Source: Octopus vulgaris | Taxonomy: Eukaryota | Direction: 5' to 3' | Assembly (NCBI GenBank): GCA_951406725.2 | Contig: OX597815.1 | Coordinates: forward strand, 164,796,001 to 164,860,000 | DNA: 64,000 nt | Shown: positions 1-12,533 of the stretch, piece after piece | Numbering within the stretch: position 1 is the first letter of the stretch | How the letters are laid out: the number at the start of each line of letters is the position of its first letter | Notes under the pieces: model-generated | What the model was told of the DNA's origin: nothing | The model's input: the letters and a program-made list of their open reading frames with translations, nothing else | The model's database searches: none | Program-made: the position numbers and the translations under genes

Positions 1-1115
1 AATACCTGGCCAAAGATAAACCTCTGCACTTGGCCTTTGTTGACTTGGAGAAAGCCTTTGACAGGGTCCCCTGATCCATTGTTTGGTGGTCAGCGCAGAA
101 ACTAGGGATAGACTAGTGGTTGGTAAGAGCTGTACAAGCCATGTTCAGGGATGCTACTAGTAAGGTGAGGATTGGCAATGAATACAGCGAAGAATTCCAG
201 TTAGGAGTAGGGGTCCACCAAGGATTGGTGCTCAGCCCCCTCTTGTTCATCATAGTCCTCTAGGCAGTAACAGAGGAATTTAAGACAGGCTGCCCCTGGG
301 AACTCCTCTATACTGATGACGTTCTTATAGCTGAATCACTACCAGAATTAGAGAAGCTTCAGGTCTAGAATCAAAAGGCCTTAGAGTTAACCTAGCAAAA
401 ACCAAAGTCTTAGTAAGTAGGAAGGCAGACAAATCACAAATCCTTTCAGATCAAGCATCCCTGTTTGATCTGTAGAAAAGGTGTAGGTAGAAACTCCATA
501 AGATGCACCCAGTGTAAGCTTTGGATACATAAAAAGTGCAGCAATATCAGAGGAAGGTTAACAGGGAAAGTAGCTTTTGTATGTGGAAAATGCACAGATA
601 CAATAAACGCTGGAAATGTGCAGAAAATAGACTCCATCAACTGCCAATTAGGTAAGCTAGAGGTAGTCGATAGCTTCCATTATCTAGGTGACTAAGTTAG
701 TTGTAGAGGAGGATGCTCCAAGAGAATAGCTGTTAGAATAAGAATAGCCTGGGCAAAGTTCAGAGAGTTTCTTGAGAGGAAAGTTAGGTATCAGATATGG
801 TGTTCAAGAGAGATGAATGCCCCATGGAGGCAAAGTGGCTGAGTTCCTTTCGAATATTGGGCCTCATGGAGGCAATGACTGAGACCTTTGGCATTACATT
901 GTGCTTGAGACCCATCAAGCCAAACAAAATTGCAGTCATGGCACAGATACCAGTGCCATGCAAATGGCACGTAAAAGCACCTATTACACTCTTGGAGTGG
1001 TTGGCGTTAAGAAAGGCACCCAGCCGTAGAAAACCATGCCAAATCATACTGGAGTCTGGTGCAGCCTTTCAGCTTACCAGCTCTGGTCAAACCATGCAAC
1101 CCATGCCAGCATGGT
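1..1115 (+). mobile_element. Degenerate RTE-clade LINE: RT domain, Cys/His finger insert, ORF C-terminus and 3' UTR
   Basis: Translates to AFVDLEKAFDRVP, GVHQGLVLSPLLF, ELLYTDD and FHYLGD with stops and frameshifts, then RILGLMEAMT and the GGCACGTAAAAGCACC / GTGGTTGGCGTTA 3' UTR. Confidence 0.9.
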
Positions 1116-1355
1116 GTAGAAAGAGGAAAACCCAGTCTCAAAAGCCCAGTTCCTTATCATCTAATATCTTAATTTATATTGAAATAGTAGTATTTTACAG
1201 ATTCTCTTTCACTATTCTATTCTCTAAAAATATAATTTGGAAGATGTTACATTTTTTATGGGAGCTTACACTTATTTCTGTACATTTTAAAAATGTTTTG
1301 TTTCATTTATGTTATTTTCTAAAGAACTTTTTTTTTTGTTTTTCTTCTTTTTTAG

Positions 1356-1577
1356 GATGGATACTCTTCCTGACAAAATCTCATCTGTATCTGATTCATC
1401 AGAAAATACTCAAGACAGTATAGAAGATGAATTTTTGGAGATGATGACTGCTGGTTCTCAGTCGAGTTCTGAAAGTGTTGATGGAACAAGTGTCGATGTA
1501 GTAACATCTAATTTCCCAGTTGTCTTTCCTCAACAATCTTTTCACTCAGATGGAATTGGTCATCGACCTGTTCTCAG
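1356..1577 (+). CDS. ACC: ACC N-terminal acidic/Ser-rich exon (MDTLPDKISS...GHRPVL-R)
   Basis: Polypyrimidine tract and AG at 1354-1355, ATG at 1357, open frame to CAG|GTAATA donor at 1578. Phase 2 matches exon 35397 and gives LRHTMSG. Confidence 0.8.
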
Positions 1578-1962
1578 GTAATATTCCCTTTTACTCTTAA
1601 ATTAAAAGTACAAATAGGTAATGTCTGTATTCATCTTACCCACCTGCCATGTTCACACAAGTAATCAATCACTAAAATGTAACAACAACTCAAGGTCAGT
1701 TGTGAATATATCTATGATTCCTTGAACTGCTACTGTTCCCCATTCAGTTGGGTTGCTGAAGGTATCATTTTCAATGAAAACAACCCTAAATCTCTAAATA
1801 ATGAGTATTGGATTTATTGTTGTGTCTTGGAAATTCTCTGTGTATTGTGTGACCCAGTCTTCTGAATATTATTATAGAATTATAGGTTATTTATGATAAG
1901 GTGTAGACTCAAGTGTTGCAATGCACCAGAGAAATATGGGAATCAATGAAGTAGACACATAA

Positions 1963-2475
1963 ACCCAGCAGGCAGAAACGTTAGCACACCGGGCAAAATG
2001 CTTAGCAGTATTTCGTCCACCGATACGTTCTGAGTTCAAATTCCGCTGAGGTTGACTTTGCCTTTCATCCTTTCGGGGTTGATTAAATAAGTACCAGTTA
2101 TGCATGAGGGTCGATATAATCGACTTAATCCGTTTGTCTGTCCTTGTTTGTTCCCTCTGTGTTTAGCCCCTTGTGGGTAGTAAAGAAATAGGTATTTCGT
2201 CTGCCGATGCGTTCTGAGTTCAAATTCCGCCGAGGTCGACTTTGCCTTTCATCCTTTCGGGGTTGATAAATTAAGTACCAGTTACGCACTGGGGTTGATA
2301 TAATCGACTTAATCCGTTTATCTGTCCTTGTTTGTCCTCTCTATGTTTAGCCCCTTGTGGGCAATACAGAAATAAGATATTCAGATATCTACCATCTCAG
2401 TTCAAATTCCGCCAAGGTCGACTTTGCCTTTCATCCTTTCGGGGTTGATAAATTAAGTACCAGTTACGCACTGTG
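1963..2475 (+). mobile_element. Head-to-tail array of a tRNA-type SINE with Meta/Sauria-like core; other copies near 2755-3185, 26898-27318, 46413-46625, 57438-57655 and, on the minus strand, 50325-50520 and 61742-61972
   Basis: Repeated GTTCTGAGTTCAAATTCC (B-box-like) plus GCCTTTCATCCTTTCGGGGTCGATAAA..AAGTACCAG core. Confidence 0.85.
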
Positions 2476-3222
2476 TCATTCTATGATTTAGTAGTTGTTG
2501 TCATTGATTGGGTTCAGCTCAAAGTAGGCCTTGGTCAAACAGACCTCTGTTAAGCTGTCCTCCATCTATGATCACCTTGAGATTTTTTTTTTGTTTAGAT
2601 AGAGCCTCAGGCATGGCTCTGTGGTTGAGAAGCTTGCTTTGCAGCCATGTGATTTTGGGTTCAGTCCCACCATGTTGCACCTTGGACAAATGTTTTCTAC
2701 TATAACCCTGGTCTGACCAATGCCTTGTGAGTGAATTTGGTCGACAGGAACTGTGAGGGTGATGAGCTGGCAGAAACAATAGCACGCCGGGTGAAATGCT
2801 TAGCGGCATTTGGTCTGCCGCTACGTTCTGAGTTCAAATTCGGTCAAGGTTGACTTTGTCTTTCATCCTTTCAGGGTTGATAAATTAAGTACCAGTTGCA
2901 CACTCGGTCGATGTAATCGACATAATCCCTTTATCTGTCCTTGTTTGTCCCCTCTATGTTTAGCCCCTTGTGGGCAATAAAGAAATAAGAAATGATAGCA
3001 CGCCGGGCGAAATGCTTAGTGGTATTTCGTCTGCCACTATGTTTTGAGTTCAAATTCTGCCAAGGTCGACTTTGCCTTTCATCCTTTCGGGGTCGATTAA
3101 ATAAGTACCACTTTTGCACTGGGATCGATATAATCAACTTAATCTGTTTGTCTGTCCTTGTTTGTCCCCTCTGTGTGTAGCCCCTGCAGTGTACCGGGCC
3201 ATTTACACATAAGCATGCAGAT

Positions 3223-3300
3223 TAACCCTAAATCCTAACCCTTAACGTTCACGCTTAACCTAAAACTCTAACCTTAACCCCTAACCCTAATCTTAACCCA
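3223..3300. repeat. Degenerate (CCCTAA)n telomere-like tract
   Basis: TAACCCTAAATCCTAACCCTTAAC...CCCTAACCCTAATCTTAACCC. Confidence 0.7.
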
Positions 3301-4191
3301 GATCAAGTCATTTCACAGTGTATACTACTGATACTTCAGTAGAGTGCATGCTAATGTAGCACCAATCTTTTGTTAGGGGTGCCATTCAAAAAGTCCCACA
3401 TGTTGCATCATTGGATGCAATTAAAATACAACAGAAATTTCAATTATATATTTTCTGTTAGGTAAGAGATAGGTATTTATTACTTTGCTTCCATGAGGCC
3501 CAGCATTCAAAGGGTGCTTTTTATGTGCCACTGGCATGGGTCACATAAATGGCATCAGTGCTGGTGTCACACAAGAAGCACATTTCAAATGATGGGCCTC
3601 ACAGAGGCAATGACAAGTGACTGAGGCATTTGGTGATAAGCCGTGTTTGAGAAGACCTATCATGCCAAGTGAAATCATAGTCGTGGTTGATGCTGGTATC
3701 ACGTAGCTGACACCCGTGCCAGTGATATATAAAAGGCACCAACAGCACTCTTTGAGTGGTTGGCATTAGGAAGGGTATCCAGCCATGGAAACAATGCCAA
3801 ATCAGTTTGGAACCTGGTGCAGCCCTCCAGCTTACCAGTTTCACTCAAACTGTCTAACCCATGGCAGCATGGAAAGCAGTTGCTAAATGACGATGATGAT
3901 GATGATGAAGTAGAATGGTTTTGGTGAATTTTGTATATGGAATACTCAGCTAGGTATAAGTTATTCCATAACAACTTTTACATTATTCTCTCTCTCTACT
4001 GAATTATTTAGGAGTTTACCAGTTATTTCTCATTTCATAGTTGATTTTCACTAAGTATTTCTCTTATATCACAAGATTCTCATAGTCGTTATCCATTCAT
4101 AATGTTACACTTCTTTTTATTTTCTGTATTCACATGATTTGGTGCAAATTTCAGTTTTGTCTTACTGCTCATATCTTTGCTACCTACTTTT

Positions 4192-4590
4192 TGCCAACCC
4201 CCTTTGCTTGCGAAGACATGTTGGGGCAAGCAAAATCGAAATCGAATTGAACCAACCAGGATCCCTGGTCTGGTGGTACGTAAAAAGCACTATCCGACTC
4301 GTGGCCGATGCCAGCGCCACCTCGACTGGCTTCCATGCCGGTGGCACATAAAATACACCAATCCGACCGTGGCCGTTGCCAGCCTCGCCTGGCACCTGTG
4401 CAGGTGGCACGTAAAAAGCACCCACTACACTCATGGAGTGGTTGGCGTTAGGAAAGGCATCCAGCTGTAGAAACACTGCCAGATAAGACTGGAGCCTGGT
4501 GCAGCCTTCTGGCTTCCCAGATCCCCGGTCGAACCGTCCAACCCATGCTAGCATGGAGAACGGATGTTAAACGATGATGATGATGATGAT
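4192..4590 (+). mobile_element. 5'-truncated RTE 3' UTR copy with (GAT)n tail; other copies near 3498-3908, 41263-41622, 56110-56629 (+) and 19516-20080, 25895-26195, 30403-30720, 39463-40336, 48291-48940, 52558-53040, 56754-57120, 60593-60842, 62835-63230 (-)
   Basis: Shared GTGGTTGGCGTTAGGAAGGGCATCCAGCTGTAGAAA...CCCATGCTAGCATGGA...GTTAAACGATGATGAT. Confidence 0.9.
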
Positions 4591-4632
4591 GAACTCCTTA
4601 GAAAGTCAGTTCAAATTTAACTCAAATCATCA

Positions 4633-4849
4633 TTAACCCTTTAGCATTTAAACTGGCTATATCAGGCCCCAATATTCTTCTGGTTTTATGTCCAAACTGG
4701 CCAGATCCAGCCTCTTTCTCTCTCTCACACACCTTACAATGTCATTCTAAAAATAAACAATCACATCTTCAAAATCTCAAAGCTACCAGATAATGCATGT
4801 GAATAAATAAGCATTACATTTGACAGTCATTCGAATGCTAAAGTGTTAA
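4633..4849. mobile_element. TTAA-flanked (piggyBac-like) MITE; other copies 31226-31452 and partial near 25085-25292, 25730-25880, 47460-47673, 61400-61625
   Basis: TTAA CCCTTTAGCATT ... AATGCTAAAG(G/T)G TTAA inverted termini, about 220 bp, repeated internal sequence. Confidence 0.8.
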
Positions 4850-4974
4850 TGTCACCATCATCATCACTGTCATTATCATCATCATCAGCAGCAGTAACAT
4901 TTTAAGTTCATTTACCCATGTTTGCTTAGGTTGGACAGGTTTTCTTCATCACAGCAACATCTCATTATTTTCTT

Positions 4975-5830
4975 CGATCTCCTTTATGAAGATGAACCTC
5001 TCAGGATCAGCCTTCACCACGTCTTCCCATATTTTCTTTGGTGCTTCTTTTCCAAACTTTTTTCCATGTGGATTGTCATGTGACATTTCTTTACCCAACT
5101 GTCATCTTTCAAATGCATCATGAGCCTGTACTTGTACAATCTTCTCCCTTGCACCCACTACAGCTGATTCCTCTTTCATTTCAGCCTATATATGTTCCTT
5201 CGTTAGTGGACACTAACATTACATATCCATTGGTGCATGCTTACCTCATATCTTTCCAGCTTTCACACACTTTCTTCATTCAGTACTTACGTCCCATTAC
5301 CTTTGTTCCCAGCAAAAGTAATAGCTCCCTGAATGTTTTCACTCTTGATTTTACTATGGCTGCTATATTTTCATAATACCCACCCCCACTGTTAATTAGG
5401 TCACCTAGGTAACAGAAGCTGTCAACCACCTCCAGGGAGCCTGCCAAGTATTTGAACAAATTTCTTTCATAGGTGCTCTTATTACTAACTATTCCTGTGC
5501 AACTGCTTACATATGAAGTCTTCCTTCTTTGTTAGCCTGCTTAACATCCAACTATAGCTCTTGTTCATTCATAGATTACATTGGGTATACGGCATGGAAG
5601 CCCTTTCTACTCTTTTTCATTTTGCATATCAAGTATGGCTTCTTCCCAGTTGCTTTTTGTCTTTTTAAATCTCTCAATTCTGCATTTTGCTTCCACATTA
5701 GGAATTGGACAGTTTTAGTTATGAGGACAAGGCTATCAATGTTTAGGAATTCTCACAGACTCTTAAACTTTTGTTATGGCCTGGAGAAGCTTGAGAACAG
5801 AGCCATGCATGCTAAATGGAAATAGCTTGC
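4975..5830 (-). mobile_element. Degenerate RTE LINE fragment of the same family
   Basis: Minus strand gives LEVVDSFCYLGDLINSGG and PKKIWEDVVKAD; boundaries approximate. Confidence 0.75.
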
Positions 5831-7202
5831 ATGGCTCTCACAAGCCATTAATTTGCACCTAGTTTTCAGTATAACTACAAAACAATCAAAAGTAAATACA
5901 AAATATAGTGACTTGTTCTTAGCCAAAACAGTCTCCTGTAGGAAGAAGGCATGAGTGTACTCTGATCTTCTCACTAGGAAGAGGATATCAGTGGCACTCT
6001 ATCCTTGTACCCTGTATTTCATTTTAGTTCATTCTTTTCCCAATTGCTTGTATGATAGCTATTATTATCTACTTGATTCAGAATATGTGGTTGTTATTTC
6101 AAATGCATTGTATGAAGAGTTTTGGTTTGAACTAAACTGTTAAAAAAAAAAAAAATTCTTGTGCCAAGCAGTTTAGAGTTGGCCTCATCTCCTGTTTTTT
6201 AGATATGACTACTGGTCTAAATACCCTTAAACTGGACAGCCTCAGTATAGTACCCAGTTATTGTAATCTATTTATCTCATTCCCAAGAGGTAAAGTTTAC
6301 ATGTGCTACTATATTTATATATTCTTGTTTTAATTGATGTGACAGGTTTTGGGGCATTGCTCATTCAACAGGAAAGGCGTGGCTGTATGGTAAGAAGCTT
6401 GCTTCCTAACCACATGGTTCTGGGTTTAGTCCCATTATGTGAATCCTTGAGCAAGTGTCTGCTATTACAGTCTTGGACTGACCAAAGCCTTGTGAGTGGA
6501 TTTGGTTGACAGAAACTGAAAGAAGTCTATATATGTGTGTGTGTGTGTGTGCGTCCCTCCACCACTGCTTGACAACTGGTGTTGGTGTGTTTGCCTCCCT
6601 ATAACTTAGCGGTTCGGCAAAGGAGACCAATAGAATAAGTACCAGGTTTAAAAACAAGTACTGCGGTTGATTCATTTGATTAAAAAAAAAAATTCAAGGC
6701 AGTGCCCCAACATGGCTGCAGTCTAATGATTGAAACAAGTAAAAGATAAAAGATACTGTTTATTGTATTTGATGGCATATAAGGTGCACCCCCTGCCAAA
6801 AAACATCTCAAAAACTATCCTTGTCCCTATAGGACTCAGGATGATGAAGTTGGGGCCTCCCATTAGCATATCTTGTACTGATGTTCACTACTATAGTCTC
6901 GTCTATGTAGCCTGACTTCATAATAATTTTTACATGAATATTACTAATTGTCAAATGCTGCCAGGGTTGACTTTGCCTTTCATTCTTTCAGAATTGATAA
7001 AATAAATACCAGTTGCACACTGGTATCGATGTCATTGGCTTCCCCCATCCATTCAAAACTGCTGGCCTTGTGCCAAAAATTGAAAAGAATTATTAATATA
7101 ACTTATGTTGTTGGATATTTGCACTTTCATGATTGCTTACTTTATGTTCAGCATTATTTACTTTATATATATAGTTTTCCACTGTAACTAAAGTACATTT
7201 GT

Positions 7203-7535
7203 AACTTAACTGGCACTCCATCTGTTATGGTGACGAGTGTTCCAGTTGATCCAATCAACAGAACAGCCTGCTCATGGAATTAATGTGCAAATAGCTGAGC
7301 ATGCCACAGATTCATGTACCCATAATGTAGTTTTGTAAGAAATTCAGTGTCACACTCAATGTGAAAGGGCCAGCCCTTTGAATTACAAGTACTACTCATT
7401 TTTGCCAGCTGTGTGCATTGGAGCAATATGAAATAAAGTGTCTTGCTCAAGGACACAATGCACTACTGAGTATTGAACTCACAGCCTTGTGATTGTGAGC
7501 CAAATGTCATAATCACTAAGCCATGTACCTTCACT
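7203..7535 (-). mobile_element. Third tRNA-type SINE family; related copies near 35740-36052 (-) and 51795-52043 (+)
   Basis: Shared TGTCCTTGAGCAAGRCACTTTATTTC and GAGCAGGCTGTTC...GATCAAYTGGAAC blocks. Confidence 0.7.
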
Positions 7536-8863
7536 TTTGTAATTTATTGTAAAGTACTGCTAAATTGCTTTAAATATTATATGCTGTAATGCATTAAAAA
7601 TTTTTCTACTGAATGTCTGTAGCTGAAATTGGGGTGCATTTTATATGCCTGTGAGTCTTTTATGTCATAAAATGCAGTAATTACCTTCTATGTAATTAGT
7701 TTTATGATGCTCTATACTTATGCATACAAACCTTAATACCTCTAGTTTCACATGTTCTTTCTTGTCAGTCTATATTTTTACTCTTCAAAAGAGTGACCTA
7801 CTCTATAATTATCTATACAACTAATTTGTCTGTCATATCAGAAATGGTAATAATTGGCAATTTGATTTCCAAGACCTACATTTCTTACTGAAAGAAGGAA
7901 ATTCAATCTCACATCATAAACATCATCTTCATTTTTTTAAACTTTCAAGCTTTTTTTCTTCTTTATTTCCATCTCATGTAGCTTTTACTGACACTACAGT
8001 TTAGTTCTGTATACAACATATTACACTATTATTTTTCATATCATTTTAAAATCATTCATACCATATTTTCTGATACACAAGTTGATAGTAGTATGTGGTG
8101 TAAACATTCAAACTTCGTCCCTTTCCAAATCCTACTGCATTCCATATGATATTTTTGGTCTTCGGACCTGTTTTTGGCTGTAAATTTAGGTCCAAAAAAT
8201 TTGACTTGTATGCTGCAAAATACAGTGTTTGTTGAGTTAATAATGTTGAATTCAGTTTAATTTTCTTTTATCAGTCATGTATTGGGATAAAGATCAATTG
8301 ACTATAATTCCTTCATGTGCATTTTGGTCCTTTGTTTTTTGTACTTGCTGGGTCAGTAGGAAGGGCAGTAATCATGGCCATTGCATGTCCACTGAGACTA
8401 CTGAGGTTAATACCATTCAGTTTTAAAATGCTACAAGTTAACACCTGCAGGAAAGACATGAGACCAAAGAAAAGATTTCAGGTAGTAATGTTCTGGGAAA
8501 GAAGTACCGGGTATAGTGATCAGTGTGGGCTCTCTGGGTGAGTGGACATAACATGGTTAATAAGAGGTGGAGAGATGAGTTGGACGTGCCTAGGAGGAGG
8601 AGGTTCAAAACTTGCCAACTCCAAGAAACAGGCTATTATTGTAGCAGTGGAAAAGGCAAAAGATATGAGGCAGCTTGTCTGTAGGATGTCTGCAAGTGCT
8701 TTTATGTCAGTTACTTGATGACCTTCCTCTTGATGTAGTCCAAGATGTCTGTATGTAGCAGCAGCTATATAAACATCACATATGTGGGAACATTTCTCCT
8801 ATGTGGACAACACTTTGAATTGTGCGAATGAATCACTTTAGATTTCAGTTAAAAACTGTATTA

Positions 8864-10126
8864 CTAGGTTGTTCTGAAAATGATGGCCGATTTCAGAAAC
8901 ATAATTTTATTCTGGAAAAATTAATAATAGAAATGTTTTGATTAGTCAAAGTATGAGTCATGAACGTCTATGCATCTCTGCCATCGATCAACGAGATTAT
9001 TTATGCCTCGTTGATAAAAATTTATTGGCTTTGATGCTAATAAATGTTTGAAAGCTGATTCCACCTCTGGTTTGGACCTGAAAGTTTTATCACTTAAAAA
9101 CGTGTTTAAATTCTTTAATAAATGGTAGTCAGTGGGTGAAAGATCAGGAGAATATGGAGGATGTGGTAGTCTCATATCCCAAGTTTGTGAGTTTCTGCAG
9201 TGTCATTCTTGCAACATGTGGCTTTGCATTATCATGGAGCAGAATTGGACCATGCTGATTCACCAATGCAGGTTTCACCTTTTGCAAGTGAGCATGCATT
9301 TCAGCATGTTGATTGCTGTAAATTTCTGCTGTAATGCTCTAATTGGCTTCCAGAAAGCTGTAATGGACAACACCAATTGCAGACCACCAGACAGTCACCA
9401 TAATCTTTTGCTGATGCAACTTTGACTTCGGGAAATGTTTGGGGGACTCATCATGATTAAGCCATTGACCTAATGGTTTACAGTTATCATAAAAGATTAA
9501 CTTTCTGTCATTAGTGGCTATTCGGTCAAGAAAAGGATTATTGGCGTATTGCAGAAAGAGCATTGAGTACACTTCAAAACGCCAAACTTTTTGATTTCCA
9601 TTGAGCTCATGCGGTACCCATTTATTGAGCTTTTTCAACTTACCACTCTTCTGCAGATTTCGTGAGACCATTGCGATACTGACACCAAGTGCCTGAGACA
9701 TTCTTTCACACTTTGACGTGAGTTTTGTTCAACAATTGCTTTCAATTGTTCATTGTCAAGACTGCATGACTTTTTTCTACCTTCTTCATCTTTGAGGCTC
9801 TCATCACCATTACAGAATTTCTGAAACCACCTTTGTACTGTGTGATCACTTGTGGACCCCTCTCCCTATGTTCTGTTGATATTGGCAGCAGTTTGAGAGG
9901 CATTGTGCAAGAAAAGTAAGCAAAGGTCCTTTTTTGCTATGTTCATAATTAAGGGCGTCTTTGCTTCAAAAGTGTTTTCTGTCTGAAATAACTAGAAAAT
10001 TTTTAAAGAGCATACATCAATTATTAAGTATGTTGAAATTCACCTAAAATATAATTAAAATACTATGATAAACTTGCGTTTCAAAACACAAAACTTAAAG
10101 CGGCCGTTATTTTCAGAACAACCTAA
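8864..10126 (-). mobile_element. Full-length (1263 bp) defective mariner transposon
   Basis: TA TSDs at 8862-8863 and 10127-10128; 26-bp TIRs (C/T)TAGGTTGTTCTGAAAAT(G/A)A(T/C)GGCCG; fragmented transposase with WVPHEL and HPPYSPDLSPTDY. Confidence 0.96.
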
Positions 10127-12189
10127 TAGTTATGTCACTATTACTCTTGGGGAGGTCATAAATGTTTTGTAATTTCCTTTTGTTTTTCCATTTTAAAACT
10201 TATCTAAAACTGAAATTATTTGTATTATTAAGACAAAACAAAACACCACCTTTCAGGAAACTGAATCTGATATAATTTTGAATCCCAACTACAGTAATTT
10301 CACTTCATTTATGTCATCGATGTCTTCTTTACATGATTTAATTTGCTTACTCCGATCAATCTGGAGTTTTTCTAAGTTAAATACTAATTTATCTCACTGG
10401 TGGTGCATCATATCTGGACCATCTCTGTCTTCTATCCGCCCCAGAGTGAATAAAATAATTAATAGTAATAGTCTTGAGTTCGATTTAATCAATTACACTT
10501 TTTTCATATCTAGTTAAGTAATTATTTTAGTATCTGATTTGGCAAATATTTAATTGGCTTACAGTGCTATGTTTAAATCCTCATGAGGGAATGGCTTAAG
10601 GGGGTGGGCAGGGTAGTTTCAACAAGGTTACTTTTAGATACACTAGTAGAAGATTAAGTCTTCAGCGATACCTTTCCAGCCCAACTTACTGTACTCATCA
10701 TAACCATTGGTTGGTCATTGAACTGATCTTAGTATATTACTGGCAACTGACAGTATGTATTTTACTAAGTCAAGAGGGATGAAAGTAAAAATTACTATGA
10801 GGAGTTTTGATATCAGGATAGTAAGGTACTAGACTAAATATTGTAGAGTATTATACCTCGTACTTTATTGTCTTGGCTACAGCTGTTGCTTTGATTTATC
10901 ATTATTAATAATATTTACTAATAAATTGTCTACATTGTAAGGTGTATTCAGTTCTATTTCTATAATCTGCTTTACTCCCAATTTGATTTGCTATCTGTAT
11001 TTAGCTGATAGCAGTGACCTTTATGTATTAATTCTTAAGCTTGCTGTATTTTTATGTACTATACTCTGTGTGTGTGTGTGTTGTATGAGTGAAAGAGGTA
11101 GATGTTGCATCTACAGCCTTCTCTTGACAAGTATTTTAGATGTGGTGATTTCTTCCTGACAGTTGGAAAGTATGAACAGTTATTACTAAAGAATGCTGAA
11201 ATGGAATGGTTAAATTTAACAGTCTTCATGCACATTGAAGGACAGTTAATAAGCAATTATTTAAAAACACTGTCGTGTTTGATTAATGGTTTCTTTAACC
11301 TGGAAACAAGTCTTTATTTGTAAGAAGATGGAGTAAAATTGGTTAAATTGAATCCAGCAAATTATTGGTAACTGGAAGGATGAATGACAGAGTCAATTCC
11401 TGTAAGATTTGCACCCAGAATAGTAGGGAACTATAAACTATGCATAGTAATACAATCATTCTAGCTTTCTACTTGCTTGGCCAGTTCTGTGGATCTTGTG
11501 ATAATTAATATTAACGTATAGCATTAATAACCATGGAAACATCTCGAATTGAAGATGTAGCCAGGTGGTTGTTGAACGAGACATTTTTCTGGATATATAT
11601 CATTTTACTGATATGTAACACTTGAGTGGGATTGTGATTAATGGTAAGTTCTTAATTAACGAAGTTTTGATTTCAGTGGTAGGAGTGAGTACCCACAAAT
11701 TACTATTTCCACAACTTGGGAGATTTGAAGTAATTAGATATCTATTCTATTTGTTTAATTTGTTGGTAGTTCTACATTATTTTTTTTTAAAAAAAGAGAA
11801 AATTAATTATTAGAATCAACTGAAATTACATTTTTTTTCACTGTCAATAATTCATTTTGTGCGCCCTCATTTTTATTTTCTCTCAGCTTGTCTTTTTTCA
11901 CCACTTACTCGCTTTCAATTAATCTAGATTTCTTTACACACACACGCACGCACGCACGAACACGCTCCTCATTTCTTTCGCGCTCTCTCTCAACTCATTT
12001 TCTCTTTCTATCTGCCTTACACTCTTACTTCCTCATTTCTATTCAACCTTTTCCTCTTTCTCTTCCTACCTTCTCTCTATATTTAAGTTTTGCTATCAAA
12101 TATTTATTTCAGGTCTCGTTCTTTCTTTCCTTAGTGTTGTTACAGCTCATTCTTTATCTTAGGAAACTTCTAAAATGAGCTGTCGAACT

Positions 12190-12300
12190 GTATTGTTGGG
12201 GATTGGCCTGGAAGTAAGGATAACCACGTAAGACGAACACTGTTCCTCACTTCCCTCTCGTCGATCATTCCCGCTCCTAAATCTCTGCCGTCCCTCTCGC
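12190..12300 (+). promoter_or_regulatory. Candidate internal ACC promoter
   Basis: ATTGG (reverse CCAAT) at 12202, GGAAGT (ETS) at about 12210, TCACTTCC and TCATTC Inr-like motifs, CpG-rich, upstream of the candidate exon at 12478. Confidence 0.45.
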
Positions 12301-12477
12301 TATTTCTTTTTTTTACACACATTCAAAATCTCGTATAGAATCCACCCATTCGCTCCACTTTGATAACTTTCCCGAAACCAGAACAAGTGTTTCATCAGAA
12401 CATGGATTGATTTCTCTCTCCAAAGAGCCAGTTATGAAACAATTTTACTTTGCAAATTTGAATATAACTTATTTCCA

Positions 12478-12533
12478 ATGATGGAACTCGCAGACAGTTG
12501 TCATAATAACTTCATGGAATATCCATTGCCTAC
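12478..12533 (+). CDS. ACC: Candidate alternative first coding exon of ACC (MMELADSCHNNFMEYPLP-T)
   Basis: ATGATG at 12478, open frame to AC|GTAAGG donor at 12534, phase 2 compatible with exon 35397; promoter-like sequence upstream. No transcript evidence. Confidence 0.5.

Noticed and set aside
1887-2105. Recurrent ORF MHNWYLFNRPRKDERQ (also 26714, 61811)
   Set aside because: Antisense translation of a SINE core
4139-4554. Recurrent ORFs such as MLAWVGRFDRGSGKPEGCTRL (also 41168, 56210) suggesting a gene family
   Set aside because: Translations of the repeated RTE 3' UTR; no splice signals
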